Shown piece by piece: positions 9,810 to 19,058 of a DNA stretch of 64,000 bases (position 1 is the first letter of the stretch; each line of letters opens with the position of its first letter). Source of the stretch: Candidatus Multivorans sp. (GTDB lineage: Bacteria > Acidobacteriota > Thermoanaerobaculia > Multivoradales > Multivoraceae); NCBI GenBank assembly GCA_965224025.1, contig OZ245033.1, forward strand, positions 256,001 through 320,000. The letters run 5' to 3'. Below the pieces are notes generated by a model. That model worked only from the letters and a program-made list of their open reading frames with translations, did not search any database and was not told where the DNA came from. The position numbers were made by a program, and so were the translations under genes.

Positions 9810-11396
9810 TCAGAACAGTTCCTGCTGCGCCATCGGCTTGCCGCTGTACGGATCGTTCATCGTCGGCAAGCGTGGCAGTCTCCCGTCGAAGTACTCGCTG
9901 ATCGGCCATAGCTGCATTCTCCTGTAGGGCTGACCGGACACGCTGATCGTGCCAGCCTCTGCCGCTTCCGCCCGCGCTGCACGCGAGCCGACTGGTTCCA
10001 GTGTGACGAAGCAGCCGAGAGCCGCTTCGTCGCGGTCTGTGACATGGCGGAAGTCCCGCAACGCTCCGAGATGGAATCCACCGCCCTTGATCTGCGCCAG
10101 CGCGAGACGGGAATCGTAGTCGTCCGGCTGAGCGGCGATCACGGCGCGACCGTCCACGCCGCCGTCCGCAACCTGCTTCATGTTCGGCGCGAAACCGGGG
10201 AGCCGCGTCACCGCCCACGATTCAAAGCTGAACGGCTGCTCGGTTGCCAGCTTGCGCGCCGATGCGAGATCGACCGGGATCCCCTTCGTCGGGATCGTCC
10301 GGTTCTTCAGCCGCTTCTCACGGATCAGGTCGATAGCGAATGACGAAATGTCGATCCCGGCCCACTGTCGGCCGAGACGCTGCGCCGCTTCAATGGTCGT
10401 ACCGCAACCGCAGAACGGATCGAGAATCAGGTCGTCAGGGTTACTGCTCGCTTCGATGATCCGCTCCAGCAACGCGCGGGGCTTCTGGGTCGGGTAACCC
10501 ATCCGTTCCTTCGCCTGGGCGCCGATCGGCCCTATGTCCGTCCATAGGTCCTGCAACGGCCGGCCCTTGGCCTCGTCCAAATAGCGCTTGTAGGCCGGGA
10601 CGCGGCCCGGCGCTGTTTGTACAACCCGTCCTTCGTCGATCATCCGCTGCATCCGCTCGCGGGAGTAGGCCCAATAGCGCGTTACGCCCAGTACCTCGTA
10701 CTGCGGGTTGCCCTTCGCTGCACCGCCGCGCCCAGTCATATCGCTGAGTCGATAGCGCCGTCCAGTGTCTTCTTCGACATAGCGGTAGAAACCGTCGACG
10801 TATTGGTCATCGTATGGCGTGTACAGCGGATTCCAAGCCCAACCGTCGCCCCTCGAGTAGTAGAGGACGCGATCCAGTACACGTCCAAATTGTCGTCTTC
10901 CCTGCGCGCCGTCGTTGTGGCTGCTGGTTCGCTTCCATCCGATTTCGGATCGGAAATTCGGCACACCGAAGATCGCGTCCATGACGATTTTGAGATAGTG
11001 GCTCGCGGTCGGGTCACAGTGCAAGTAGATCGAACCTGTTGGCTTGAGGAGCCGGTGCATGTGCTCCAAGCGCTCCGCCATGTAGGTCAGGTAGGCGAGC
11101 ATCCCGGACGGGCCGATGGCGTGCCGTAGGCCCACTATCGCGTCGTGGGCGCGTCGTGCGGGCGCACCCTCGTAGGCCGCGTAGCGGTCCGCCGCGGCTT
11201 CGTCCCACGCCCATGTGTCGCTGAACGCCCGGTACTGCGCGTCAGCGCCGCCGCGAGCCGAGTAGAGGATGTTGTAGTCGGCCTTCGAGTTGAATGGCGG
11301 ATCGAGGTAAATCAGGTCTACGGACTGATCGTCCCATCGCTGCATCCAGTCGAGGCAGTCACCGTAGTACAGCGTGCCCGCGTCCGGTGGGTTCAT
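9810..11396 (-). CDS. Beta-class N6/N4 DNA methyltransferase with C-terminal Mrr-like domain
   Basis: LIYLDPPF (motif IV), YPTQKP, DPFCGCGTT (motif I); C-terminal FESWAV..DGGVDG..AQIKGG. Confidence 0.88.
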   Translation of the reverse strand: MNPPDAGTLYYGDCLDWMQRWDDQSVDLIYLDPPFNSKADYNILYSARGGADAQYRAFSDTWAWDEAAADRYAAYEGAPARRAHDAIVGLRHAIGPSGMLAYLTYMAERLEHMHRLLKPTGSIYLHCDPTASHYLKIVMDAIFGVPNFRSEIGWKRTSSHNDGAQGRRQFGRVLDRVLYYSRGDGWAWNPLYTPYDDQYVDGFYRYVEEDTGRRYRLSDMTGRGGAAKGNPQYEVLGVTRYWAYSRERMQRMIDEGRVVQTAPGRVPAYKRYLDEAKGRPLQDLWTDIGPIGAQAKERMGYPTQKPRALLERIIEASSNPDDLILDPFCGCGTTIEAAQRLGRQWAGIDISSFAIDLIREKRLKNRTIPTKGIPVDLASARKLATEQPFSFESWAVTRLPGFAPNMKQVADGGVDGRAVIAAQPDDYDSRLALAQIKGGGFHLGALRDFRHVTDRDEAALGCFVTLEPVGSRAARAEAAEAGTISVSGQPYRRMQLWPISEYFDGRLPRLPTMNDPYSGKPMAQQELF

Positions 11397-12397
11397 GCCG
11401 AGCGAGCGCCGGACGGCAGGCCGTTGTCGGCGATCAGGTCACGGTACTGGAGCCGCTTGCCCGCCAGCCCCTCGGTGACGGACGCCATTTGCGCCAGCGT
11501 GTCGAGATCGCGGAAGTTGTGACGGCCCGCGAACTGGTTGACGTAGCGCTGTAGATGCTTCGGTGAGAGCTTGTGGTACACGCCCTTGTGGGCGCGCTTG
11601 AGCATCGACCAGAAGCTCTCGATCGAGTTCGTGTGAACCTTGCCCGCAACGTACTCGCCGACCGAGTGCTTGACGGTGCCGCGCTCGTACTCGGTCAAAC
11701 CGCTGTACGCCCCCGTATCGTCCGTGTAGACCGTTGCGCCGGGTTCGACGTGCTCACGGACGAACGCTTGCAGGGTCTCGCCGTCGGTCGAACGGACGAC
11801 ACGCGCCGCCACCATGCCGGTCTCGCGGTCCTTGACGCCCACCACCGCTGTCTTGCCGACAGAGCCACGGCCTTCGAGGGTCTTGCGCTTCTTCGCGTGC
11901 ATATTCTTCCGCAGACCGCCGAAGTACGCCTCATCGGCTTCTGCCGGTCCCTCGAAGCGCACGGTCGGCCCCGAGTCGCTGAACTCGCGGATGCGCTGGA
12001 GCATGAACCACGCGGTCTTCTGAGTGACGCCCAGGTCACGGTGGATCTTCATCGACGACACGCCCTTGAGGCTCGTTGTGTCGAGGTAGATCGCGTACAG
12101 CCACTTGAGCAGAGGCAGCTTCGACCGCGCCATCACGGTGCCGGTCTTCACCGAGAAGTACCGCTTGCAGTCGCGGCAGCGGTACGGCATCTTCGCGTGG
12201 CTGCACTCGTGGTTGTTGTCGGTGCCGCAGTGCGGGCAGTAGCGCTCGCCGTCCGGCCAGACGATCGCCTCGAACCACTGCCGCGCCGCTTCCTCATCGG
12301 GGAACATCCGCTGCAAGTCGAACAGCGTGATGCCCTTCCGGTGAGCCTTGCCGGGTGCCTTGAGTTCTGTGTCGTTCATCGCTTCTCCCTCCGTCAA
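11393..12397 (-). CDS. IS1595-family DDE transposase
   Basis: Zn finger CPHC/CRDC, HTH, ADEAY, YTDD, HTNSIESFW, YHKLSPKHLQRY; start may be ATG 12379. Confidence 0.92.
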   Translation of the reverse strand: MTEGEAMNDTELKAPGKAHRKGITLFDLQRMFPDEEAARQWFEAIVWPDGERYCPHCGTDNNHECSHAKMPYRCRDCKRYFSVKTGTVMARSKLPLLKWLYAIYLDTTSLKGVSSMKIHRDLGVTQKTAWFMLQRIREFSDSGPTVRFEGPAEADEAYFGGLRKNMHAKKRKTLEGRGSVGKTAVVGVKDRETGMVAARVVRSTDGETLQAFVREHVEPGATVYTDDTGAYSGLTEYERGTVKHSVGEYVAGKVHTNSIESFWSMLKRAHKGVYHKLSPKHLQRYVNQFAGRHNFRDLDTLAQMASVTEGLAGKRLQYRDLIADNGLPSGARSA

Positions 12398-12456
12398 CCG
12401 TGAGGTATACCCTACCGGACGGAGAGCCAGTTTGTCAACCTAGAGATATAATCCCC

Positions 12457-13846
12457 TTTCGTTGGAAATGATGCCTTCGTTGATGCCGACGATGCCGTAT
12501 TCGAGCGCTTCGCTGACGCGCCAGATGCGGCCCACGTCGCGGGCGTAGAAATAGCTGGCTAGGCCGAACTCGGTGTCGTTGGCCATGGCGATCGCTTCTT
12601 CTTCAGTGCTGAACTTCATCAGCGGCGCGATGGGTCCGAAGATTTCTTCGCGGAACACCCGCATGTCGTCCGTCACGCCGGTGAGGATGGTGGGTTGGAC
12701 GAAGCACCCGCCCAGATCCGACGGAACGCCGCCCATCTCGACCGTGGCGCCCCGGTCCACCGCGTCGGTGACGCGACTGGTCACGTTCGCCACTGCCTCG
12801 GTGCTGATCAGCGGGCCCACGGTGACGCCATCCTCGGTGCCGTCGCCCATCTTGATCCCGGCCACGGCCGCGGCGAGTCTTTCGGCGAACTCGTCGTAGA
12901 CGCCTTCCTGGACCAGGATGCGGTTGGCGCACACGCAGGTCTGGCCCGCGTTGCGGAACTTGCAGATCATGGCGCCGGTCACCGCCGCATCCAGGTCGGC
13001 GTCGTCGAACACGATGAAGGGCGCGTTGCCGCCCAGTTCCATGGACATCCGCTTCATCGTGCCCGCGCATTGAGCCATGAGCAGCTTTCCCACCGCGGTG
13101 GAGCCCGTGAAGGTGAGCTTGCGGACCGTGGGGTTGGACGTCAGTTCCTCGCCGATCTCCTCGGTCTGGCCGCAGAGGATGTTGATCACTCCGGGCGGGA
13201 TGCCCGCGCGCGTCGCCAGCTCGGCCAGGGCATTGGCCGACAGTGGCGTCTCGTTGGCCGGCTTGCAGACCACCGTACAGCCGGCCGCGAGGGCCGGTGC
13301 GATCTTGCGCGCGAGCATGGCGTTGGGGAAGTTCCAGGGTGTGATGCAGGCCACCACTCCGACCGGCTGCTTGATGCAGACGACGCGCTTGTCGTTGGAA
13401 GGCTGGGGGATCGTGTCGCCGTACACCCGCTTGGCCTCTTCCGCGAACCACTCGATGTAGCTGGCGCCGTAGGCGATCTCCCCGCGGGCTTCAAAGAGGG
13501 GCTTGCCCTGTTCCGCCGTCATCATCTGAGCCAGGTCTTCCTGGCTCTCCATCATCAGGTCGAACCAGCGCCGCAGCAGCGCGGCGCGCTCCTTGGCCGT
13601 GGTGTGCCGCCACTGCTCGAAGGCCCTTCCGGCCGCCTCGATGGCGCGCCGGGTTTCGGCCGCGCCGCAGCAGGCGACCTCAGCCAGGACCTCGCCCGTG
13701 GCGGGGTTCTCGACGGCGAAGGTCTCGCCGGAATCGGCGTCGACCCACTGGCCGTCGATGCAGGCCTGGGCTCGAAGTAGGCCGGGGTCGGCCAGGTCGA
13801 TGCGGTCGGCCGGGACTCGGGTGGCTACGGAGGCGGCAATGCTCAT
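12457..13846 (-). pseudogene. gabD: 5' part of succinate-semialdehyde dehydrogenase, IS-interrupted
   Basis: ITPWNFP, FTGST, ELGGNAP, NAGQTCVC, EEIFGP; reads into the TIR after GIISNE. Confidence 0.92.
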
Positions 13847-13958
13847 GAACGTCACTCCCTGCGGGTCGTTGGCGTAGCCGGGTCAATTGGCTCTGTCGAT
13901 CAATCCTAAGATGTATCAGCCCCCCGGACGGGGTCGCAAGGAGACCCGCGTCCGCGGC

Positions 13959-15170
13959 TTAGGCGCCCGCGGGCGGCGGTTCGGCCGACAGCAGCGCGAT
14001 CATCGCGTCGATCTGCTGCAGCGACTCGGCCAGTACGGTCCGGTGCTCCTCGGATTCGACCTCTTCGAGGGACTCCATCCGTCGCTCGCGCCGGTCGCGG
14101 AGGATGTCGAGTGCGGTCTGTCCCTGCTGCGTCTTCGCGGCGGTGTCGATTCCGCGCTCCAGGAGCAGGCGTGCGCCGTCGACCATGGCGTAGACGCCGG
14201 CCCAGTGGAGCGTGTTGTACCCCTCCTCGTTCGTCGACTCGGCGTCCATGCCGCGGTCGAGGAACTCGCGGAGCAGGTCGACGTCCTCCTGGAGGATCAG
14301 CGGGCGGGCGAGGTGGAACCGGTCCGCCTGCTCTCTCGACGGATCGGCGCCCGCATCCAGCAGGGTGCGGAGGCAGCTACGGTCTCCCAGCCGGTGTGAG
14401 CGCATCAGGGACACCCACAGGGGCGACGCGCCGTCCGGGTCCGGTCGGCTGGCGGTCTCGGGATCGTCGGCAAGGGCGGCCTGAAGCTCGTCGCAGCGGC
14501 CCAGGCCGACCAGGTCAGCCGCGGAGATGACCGGCGCCTGCGTCAGCGCGAGGTCGATCTGGGCGTTCTGCCGAATGCTGGGCGAGAGCAGGATCAGCGA
14601 CAGCGGCGTCTGGCCGTTCTCGAACGGTTCGACGAGCAGATCCGGCCGTTCCGGGAGCGCCTTCTCGAGGTCCTCCACGGGCCTTGAGACCACGAAGTGC
14701 CTCCGGAACGCGTCGTCGTCGAGGAAGGCCAGCGAAGCGTCGAACGCCGACCTCCCGGCGATCATGGCTTCCAGGTAGTCGACGTAGGTTTCCCGGCTCT
14801 GGACGCCCACGATCCGGTCCTGCTCCTCGCCGTTCCGGAAGAAGAGGACGTGCGGTACGCCGTTGACGCCCAGCCCCCGATAGATGTCCGGCGACTCGTC
14901 GATGTCCAGCTTGCCGATCTTTGCTCGTCCCGCCATCTCGGGCGCCAGACTTTCGACGATCGGGTCGACGACCTTGCAGGGGACGCACCAGGTGGCGGTG
15001 AAGTCCACCAGGACGGGCACGTCCGCCTGGTAGACCTCCTGGTCGAAGTTGTCGCTGTTCAGGAGGACAACCCGGGCATCGGATGAGGCCGATTGCGCCG
15101 CGTCGTCGCCGGTGGCGCAGGCAGCCAAGATGGCTGCGAGCGGTAGGCAGAGGAATAGACCAACTCTCAT
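13959..15170 (-). CDS. Thioredoxin plus ankyrin-repeat lipoprotein
   Basis: Lipobox LAAC; DFTATWCVPCK thioredoxin domain; ankyrin-like GASPLW, GYNTLHWA..LLERGID, GQTALD. Confidence 0.75.
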   Translation of the reverse strand: MRVGLFLCLPLAAILAACATGDDAAQSASSDARVVLLNSDNFDQEVYQADVPVLVDFTATWCVPCKVVDPIVESLAPEMAGRAKIGKLDIDESPDIYRGLGVNGVPHVLFFRNGEEQDRIVGVQSRETYVDYLEAMIAGRSAFDASLAFLDDDAFRRHFVVSRPVEDLEKALPERPDLLVEPFENGQTPLSLILLSPSIRQNAQIDLALTQAPVISAADLVGLGRCDELQAALADDPETASRPDPDGASPLWVSLMRSHRLGDRSCLRTLLDAGADPSREQADRFHLARPLILQEDVDLLREFLDRGMDAESTNEEGYNTLHWAGVYAMVDGARLLLERGIDTAAKTQQGQTALDILRDRRERRMESLEEVESEEHRTVLAESLQQIDAMIALLSAEPPPAGA

Positions 15171-15216
15171 CGTGGCTGCCTCGCGGGTTGGATGCGCTGG
15201 TGGCTGGCGCTTGCGG

Positions 15217-15894
15217 TTACTCGCCCCCGACGGTTTCGGTCGCCCGCCCCGGCGTTCGCGCCTTGGGCCGCTCCTCGTCGCTCGGCCCCTTGACGAAGAT
15301 GTTGAAGTGGTGGACGAGTTCGCTGCCGCGCCGGAACTCGATCTCCTGCACCCACTTGTCGTCGGGCAGGATGTCCGGGGTCAGGACCAGGCGGTGCTTG
15401 GTGTAGATGTCCTTGATGTCGTCCTCGACGTAGTAGGGCTCGGGCATCTTGAGCACCAGGTCGGGATCGGGGAACAGCCAGCCCTCGTCGTCGGACCAGT
15501 CGATCGGCTCGGGCCCGTCCTCGGGCCGTCCGGGCTGGGCGCCAGCCTCGGCCCAGCGCTTGAACGTCGCGATCTCGGCGTCGGTCAAGCCGCGCTCGTT
15601 CCTGAACACGCCGTCGAAGTGCTCGGAGGCGTCCCACGGCGGCATCTCCTTCGAGGTCGTCATGCGCACGATCGAGCGCGCCCAGGGCCGGGCCTCTTCG
15701 TAGGTCGTGAGCGACATCGGCACGCCGCCACGGTAGATCTTGCCGCCGGACGGGCGGTGACACTCCTGGCAGTTCTCCTGCAGGATGGGCAGGACGTGCT
15801 CGTAGAACGTCGGTCCCGTGGCGTCTGCGGCTCCCTGGGCTGCCGTGGCCAGAGCCAGGCAGAGGAGAAAACCAAGCAGGCGTCGACTCGTCAT
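15217..15894 (-). CDS. c-type heme protein with start of a Cu-monooxygenase-like domain, apparently C-terminally truncated
   Basis: Signal peptide, PTFYEHVLPILQENCQECH (CxxCH), MPPW, PDLVLKMP, ELVHH, then an early stop. Confidence 0.6.
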   Translation of the reverse strand: MTSRRLLGFLLCLALATAAQGAADATGPTFYEHVLPILQENCQECHRPSGGKIYRGGVPMSLTTYEEARPWARSIVRMTTSKEMPPWDASEHFDGVFRNERGLTDAEIATFKRWAEAGAQPGRPEDGPEPIDWSDDEGWLFPDPDLVLKMPEPYYVEDDIKDIYTKHRLVLTPDILPDDKWVQEIEFRRGSELVHHFNIFVKGPSDEERPKARTPGRATETVGGE

Positions 15895-16011
15895 CGCTGC
15901 GTCCCCGTTTCAAGAATCTGGATCGAGGCAGTGTACAGGAGGCGTTGCGGCCGGCGGTGCGATCCGCGCCTGGCGCCATTCACCGGCGCTGCCTGTACTC
16001 TTCGGCGACCG

Positions 16012-16150
16012 ATGAGCCACGGCTCGCCAGCGGAACCCTCGCGCCGGCCGCGGATCGGCATCGTCGCCGACATGGGCCGCGCAGTTGTGGGCCCTTGGGA
16101 CGAAGTCGTATCGATGGCCGGGCTTTCGTTTCCCGGTGTTCGTCAGCCTG
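16012..16150 (+). pseudogene. Probable N-terminal remnant of a peptidase C26/PuuD-like glutamine amidotransferase
   Basis: RRPRIGIVADMGRAVVGPWD resembles the PuuD N-terminus; similarity ends just before the REP at 16157. Confidence 0.4.
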
Positions 16151-16156
16151 AGGTTC

Positions 16157-16183
16157 CTGGGAACGCGGGCATTTTGCCCGCAT
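16157..16183 (-). repeat. REP-like palindrome, family A
   Basis: CTGGGAACGCGGGCattttGCCCGCAT. Confidence 0.75.
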
Positions 16184-16234
16184 CCGGCGCGAAGCACCGG
16201 TCTGTAAACCGTTTGGCGCTGTCCCGTCCCTTGG

Positions 16235-16669
16235 TCAGGGCGCGAGTGGGTAGTGGCAGTTCACTCCCGGGAAGCGCCGGAAGTCGTGATCCGCGGTATG
16301 CACTTCGCCTCGGTGGGCCCGAGCGAGCGCGGCGATCTGCGCGTCCGTGACGAGGTCGCCGCCCGCGGATCCGGCGGCGGCCAGCAGTTCGACGACGTGT
16401 CTCACATGGTCTTCACCCGGTAGGAGGAGGCGCGTCACGGGGTGGGCAGCCCATTCGTCCACCAAGTCGCCCGCTACTTCAAGCGAGAGCGGCGCCCGGA
16501 AGATGCGCCGGTTCGTGCTGACCCGCAGGAACGCGAAGAGGACTGGTTGGCAGAGTCCAACCGGAACGGCGCCGCTCAGACAGCCAGTCCACCACTTCGC
16601 CGCAGAAGAGTGGAACGGACTGGCTGAATCAACCGAGTACAGGAGGAGGTTCGCGTCGGGGACGATCAC
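16235..16669 (-). CDS. vapC: VapC PIN toxin
   Basis: MIVPDANLLLY, LVTDAQIAALA, TADHDFRRF. Confidence 0.9.
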   Translation of the reverse strand: MIVPDANLLLYSVDSASPFHSSAAKWWTGCLSGAVPVGLCQPVLFAFLRVSTNRRIFRAPLSLEVAGDLVDEWAAHPVTRLLLPGEDHVRHVVELLAAAGSAGGDLVTDAQIAALARAHRGEVHTADHDFRRFPGVNCHYPLAP

Positions 16670-16953
16670 TTCGGCTTGTCGGTTTCCTCGACAAGGCGAC
16701 CGGTCACTTCAAGAAACGCCTCTGCATCCAGATCTGCTTCGAGGGCCGAGAGGTTGCCGAGGTCGTAACCGGTTCTGAGGCGCATCGGGAAGGCGCGCTG
16801 GACGAAAGGCGGCCGCTCCTGACTGGCGGCGACTCCGGCGAGGCTTCGCCGGACGGCGTCGTTCAAGGCCTGCTTGAAGGTCTGTCCCCGTTGCCGCATC
16901 GCTTCGCGCAGCAGTGATTCCGTGTCGGCGTCGAGCGTTACGGTGGTTCGCAT
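16666..16953 (-). CDS. vapB: VapB/CopG-like antitoxin
   Basis: MRTTVTLDADTESLLREAMRQRGQTFKQALNDAVRR; 4-nt overlap with the toxin. Confidence 0.8.
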   Translation of the reverse strand: MRTTVTLDADTESLLREAMRQRGQTFKQALNDAVRRSLAGVAASQERPPFVQRAFPMRLRTGYDLGNLSALEADLDAEAFLEVTGRLVEETDKPK

Positions 16954-16957
16954 CTCT

Positions 16958-16988
16958 GCATCATGATGCCTGGCGCCTATGCTGTCAA
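16958..16988 (-). promoter_or_regulatory. Sigma70-type leaderless promoter with operator palindrome for vapBC
   Basis: TTGACA-N17-CATGAT, 6 nt before the ATG; palindrome GCATCATGATGC overlaps the -10 box. Confidence 0.6.
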
Positions 16989-17270
16989 GGCACCATTCCA
17001 CCAGCCTGGTAGAGTTGCCGCCTGTCGCCTGGCCATCCCGAGGACACGCTCGAACGCGTCACGGCGCCCCAGTTCCGGGCGCGCGTCAATGCGCGCCGCG
17101 ATGCGGCCCAGGTGGTCGAAGTAGCCGGCCAGGCGTTCTCCGCTCGCCTCGTCGACCAGATCGGACAGCACCAGCCCCTCTACCCACTCGGAGACACCGA
17201 TCAGGCGCGACTCGCTCGTTCCCACCTGTACCTGCACGTAGCGCCGGCCGTCCAGCACACGAACCGGCAC
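16977..17270 (-). pseudogene. Possible fragment of an aminoglycoside/homoserine-kinase-like phosphotransferase
   Basis: VSEWVEG and LGRIAARI resemble the APH N-lobe; no HxD catalytic motif present. Confidence 0.3.
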
Positions 17271-17335
17271 CGGCGCGCCGACTCCGGCGGCGTTCAGGGC
17301 CGCTGTTCCTCGAGGTCGTGAGCGGCTTGGCGGCT

Positions 17336-18301
17336 CTAGCCGCGGAGCTGCCGCGCCAGAGCCGCGGCTTCGTCCAGCAGCGTTCGCAGACCGCCGTGCT
17401 CCAGCCAGTCAAGACGGAACGACTGGTAGCTGGCGTCCGCCCGAGCCGCGTTGAGTCGCCACAACGACAGCACTCCGGACTTCCTCGCAGACGAGGCGCC
17501 GTCGAGGTAGCCCCTCAGCAGATCGTCGAACACGTTCGCATCGTTCAGAGTGCCGAGCACGTCCTGCAGGCGCTTGCAGCGATCAACCAGGGACGCCGCA
17601 ACCTCGCTTTCCGCGCGTACCGGTTCGACCAGGTAGCGGAGGCGCTTGCAGGCGATGCGCACCCTGTGCGGGCCCTGCTCACGGTCGCCGCCAAGGCCGT
17701 CAACGCGAGCCGCCAGCCTGTGAGCGATCCGATCCAGCCGCTCGGAAAGCACCTGGGCGTACGGCGGGCCAACGCCTTGTCCTTGCATCTGGTGGGCCAG
17801 GCGTGACTCAAGGCCGTCCGCCCAGTCGGCGAACTGGGACTCGAACTCCAGGTGGGTGCCTGTGGGCGCGGCTGAGCCGCCCGGATGCGGGCGAGACTTC
17901 CGTGGTCCGTGGGCGGAACCCGGATGCGGGCGAGACGCCCGCGTTCCCAGGTCTGCTACCAGCCACTCGAGACTGGGCAAGTGCTCGGGGCACAGTTCCG
18001 AGCGCTGTTCCTCCAGCCACTCGAGCGCCACCTCGGCATCGCGGCTGGAGCCGGTCCGTTTCTGGAACCCGGCGAGCGTCCGCCGGTCCCGCTTCTCCAC
18101 GACGCCTCGGAGCAGCCCTTTCCAGGCGCTCATGGTGCTCCGCAGCCGCCGGATCGAGACCCTGAAATCGTGGAGGCCCTCGGCGTCCTCCGGATCGAGG
18201 GTGCGCGGCGCGGCTGTGCGGGCCTGGGAGACCAACTCCTTCACGATCAGACGCACAGCCTCTTCCCCGTCCCGGCGCAACAGATCACCGGCAAGCGGCA
18301 T
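17336..18301 (-). CDS. CHAD-domain (polyphosphate-binding) protein with in-frame REP insertion
   Basis: LHDFRVSIRRLRS, RDAEV, HRVRIACKRLRY, LQDVLGTLND. Confidence 0.85.
   Translation of the reverse strand: MPLAGDLLRRDGEEAVRLIVKELVSQARTAAPRTLDPEDAEGLHDFRVSIRRLRSTMSAWKGLLRGVVEKRDRRTLAGFQKRTGSSRDAEVALEWLEEQRSELCPEHLPSLEWLVADLGTRASRPHPGSAHGPRKSRPHPGGSAAPTGTHLEFESQFADWADGLESRLAHQMQGQGVGPPYAQVLSERLDRIAHRLAARVDGLGGDREQGPHRVRIACKRLRYLVEPVRAESEVAASLVDRCKRLQDVLGTLNDANVFDDLLRGYLDGASSARKSGVLSLWRLNAARADASYQSFRLDWLEHGGLRTLLDEAAALARQLRG
17881..17950 (+). repeat. Tandem REP family A copies inside the CHAD gene
   Basis: CCGGATGCGGGCGAGAC at 17881 and 17920 (39-bp period); the second copy is complete to GTTCCCAG. 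Confidence 0.8.
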
Positions 18302-18321
18302 GTCGTCAGTACGTCGTGCGC

Positions 18322-18722
18322 TCAGCTATCAGCGCCGAACTCTCTTTCCAGGAAAAGTCTTTCAATAAAGAACAGGAAGGCCGGATCGACTTCCCCGGCA
18401 TCAAGCTGGCTGAGCGCTCGTTCGCCAACCTCAGTCAACTCGTCGTACTTGATGCCAACGAAGTGCCGGTCGTAATAGTCGCCGACCACGGGGTCCGTAA
18501 ACACGTTCAAGTCCATCAACTTGCAGGGGCCGCACCAGTCGGTATACACATCGACGATATCGAGCTTGTCTTCGGCAGCCGCCTTTGCAGAGCTTGCGAA
18601 TAGCTTCCAGGGAAGAACTCGATGCCGGAACCCTGAAGTCCCTTGTCGGGTGCGGCGCACGCGGCGATCGCCAGAATCACCACTGAAGCGACCAGCGATG
18701 TCTTATTGCCGTGCCCAGCCAT
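18322..18722 (-). pseudogene. Thioredoxin-family lipoprotein, frameshifted and truncated
   Basis: Lipoprotein N-terminus GIEFFPGSYSQAL in one frame, AKAAAEDK..VDVYTDWCGPCKLMD in another; shift near 18590. Confidence 0.7.
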
Positions 18723-18812
18723 GAAGAAGCCGAGACTCCCGATCCCAGGCTCTCTTGTTGCCGGGGTGACAAAGTTGGTTCAGCCTATCCTAGGCGCGGC
18801 AGAACGACCGCG

Positions 18813-18887
18813 TGCCATCCGTGCGCCCGATGACGGGCGCACGGAGTGGTTCGCGTGTGGCGCGGGTCGCGCCACACGGGTTCCCAG
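18813..18887 (-). repeat. Two-hairpin ~70-bp element, copy 1
   Basis: Reverse complement closely matches 27441-27511; two perfect GC-rich hairpins. Confidence 0.75.
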
Positions 18888-19058
18888 GTCAGATCGTTCT
18901 GCCGCGCAAGCTCCCAAGCTCTTGCCGTCAGTAGAGGAACGTTGCACCTCGGAGGAGCAGCCTCCGGATTTGACGCATCCGGCGTTCCGCTCGAGCCGCC
19001 AGGTGCGGTAGGATGGGCATTGAGCCCGGCGCACGCCCCAGCGCGCGTCCGTCTGCCA

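Larger units (their letters stand above)
9600..12456 (-). mobile_element. IS1595-family element with passenger genes
   Basis: 24-bp TIRs GGGGATTATATC(CG/TC)TAGGTTGACA (22/24 identical); 8-bp TSD TTTCGTTG at 9592-9599 and 12457-12464; contains transposase, MTase and a small ORF. Confidence 0.93.

Noticed and set aside
12440-12456. C-terminus RGLYL* of the aldehyde dehydrogenase ORF as its natural end
   Set aside because: These codons come from the IS terminal repeat; the true C-terminus is at 9479-9599
18846-19058. Tryptophanase N-terminal extension or tnaC-like leader peptide
   Set aside because: Homology starts at GTG 19059; the upstream region contains a repeat element and no credible Trp-containing leader with an RBS was found
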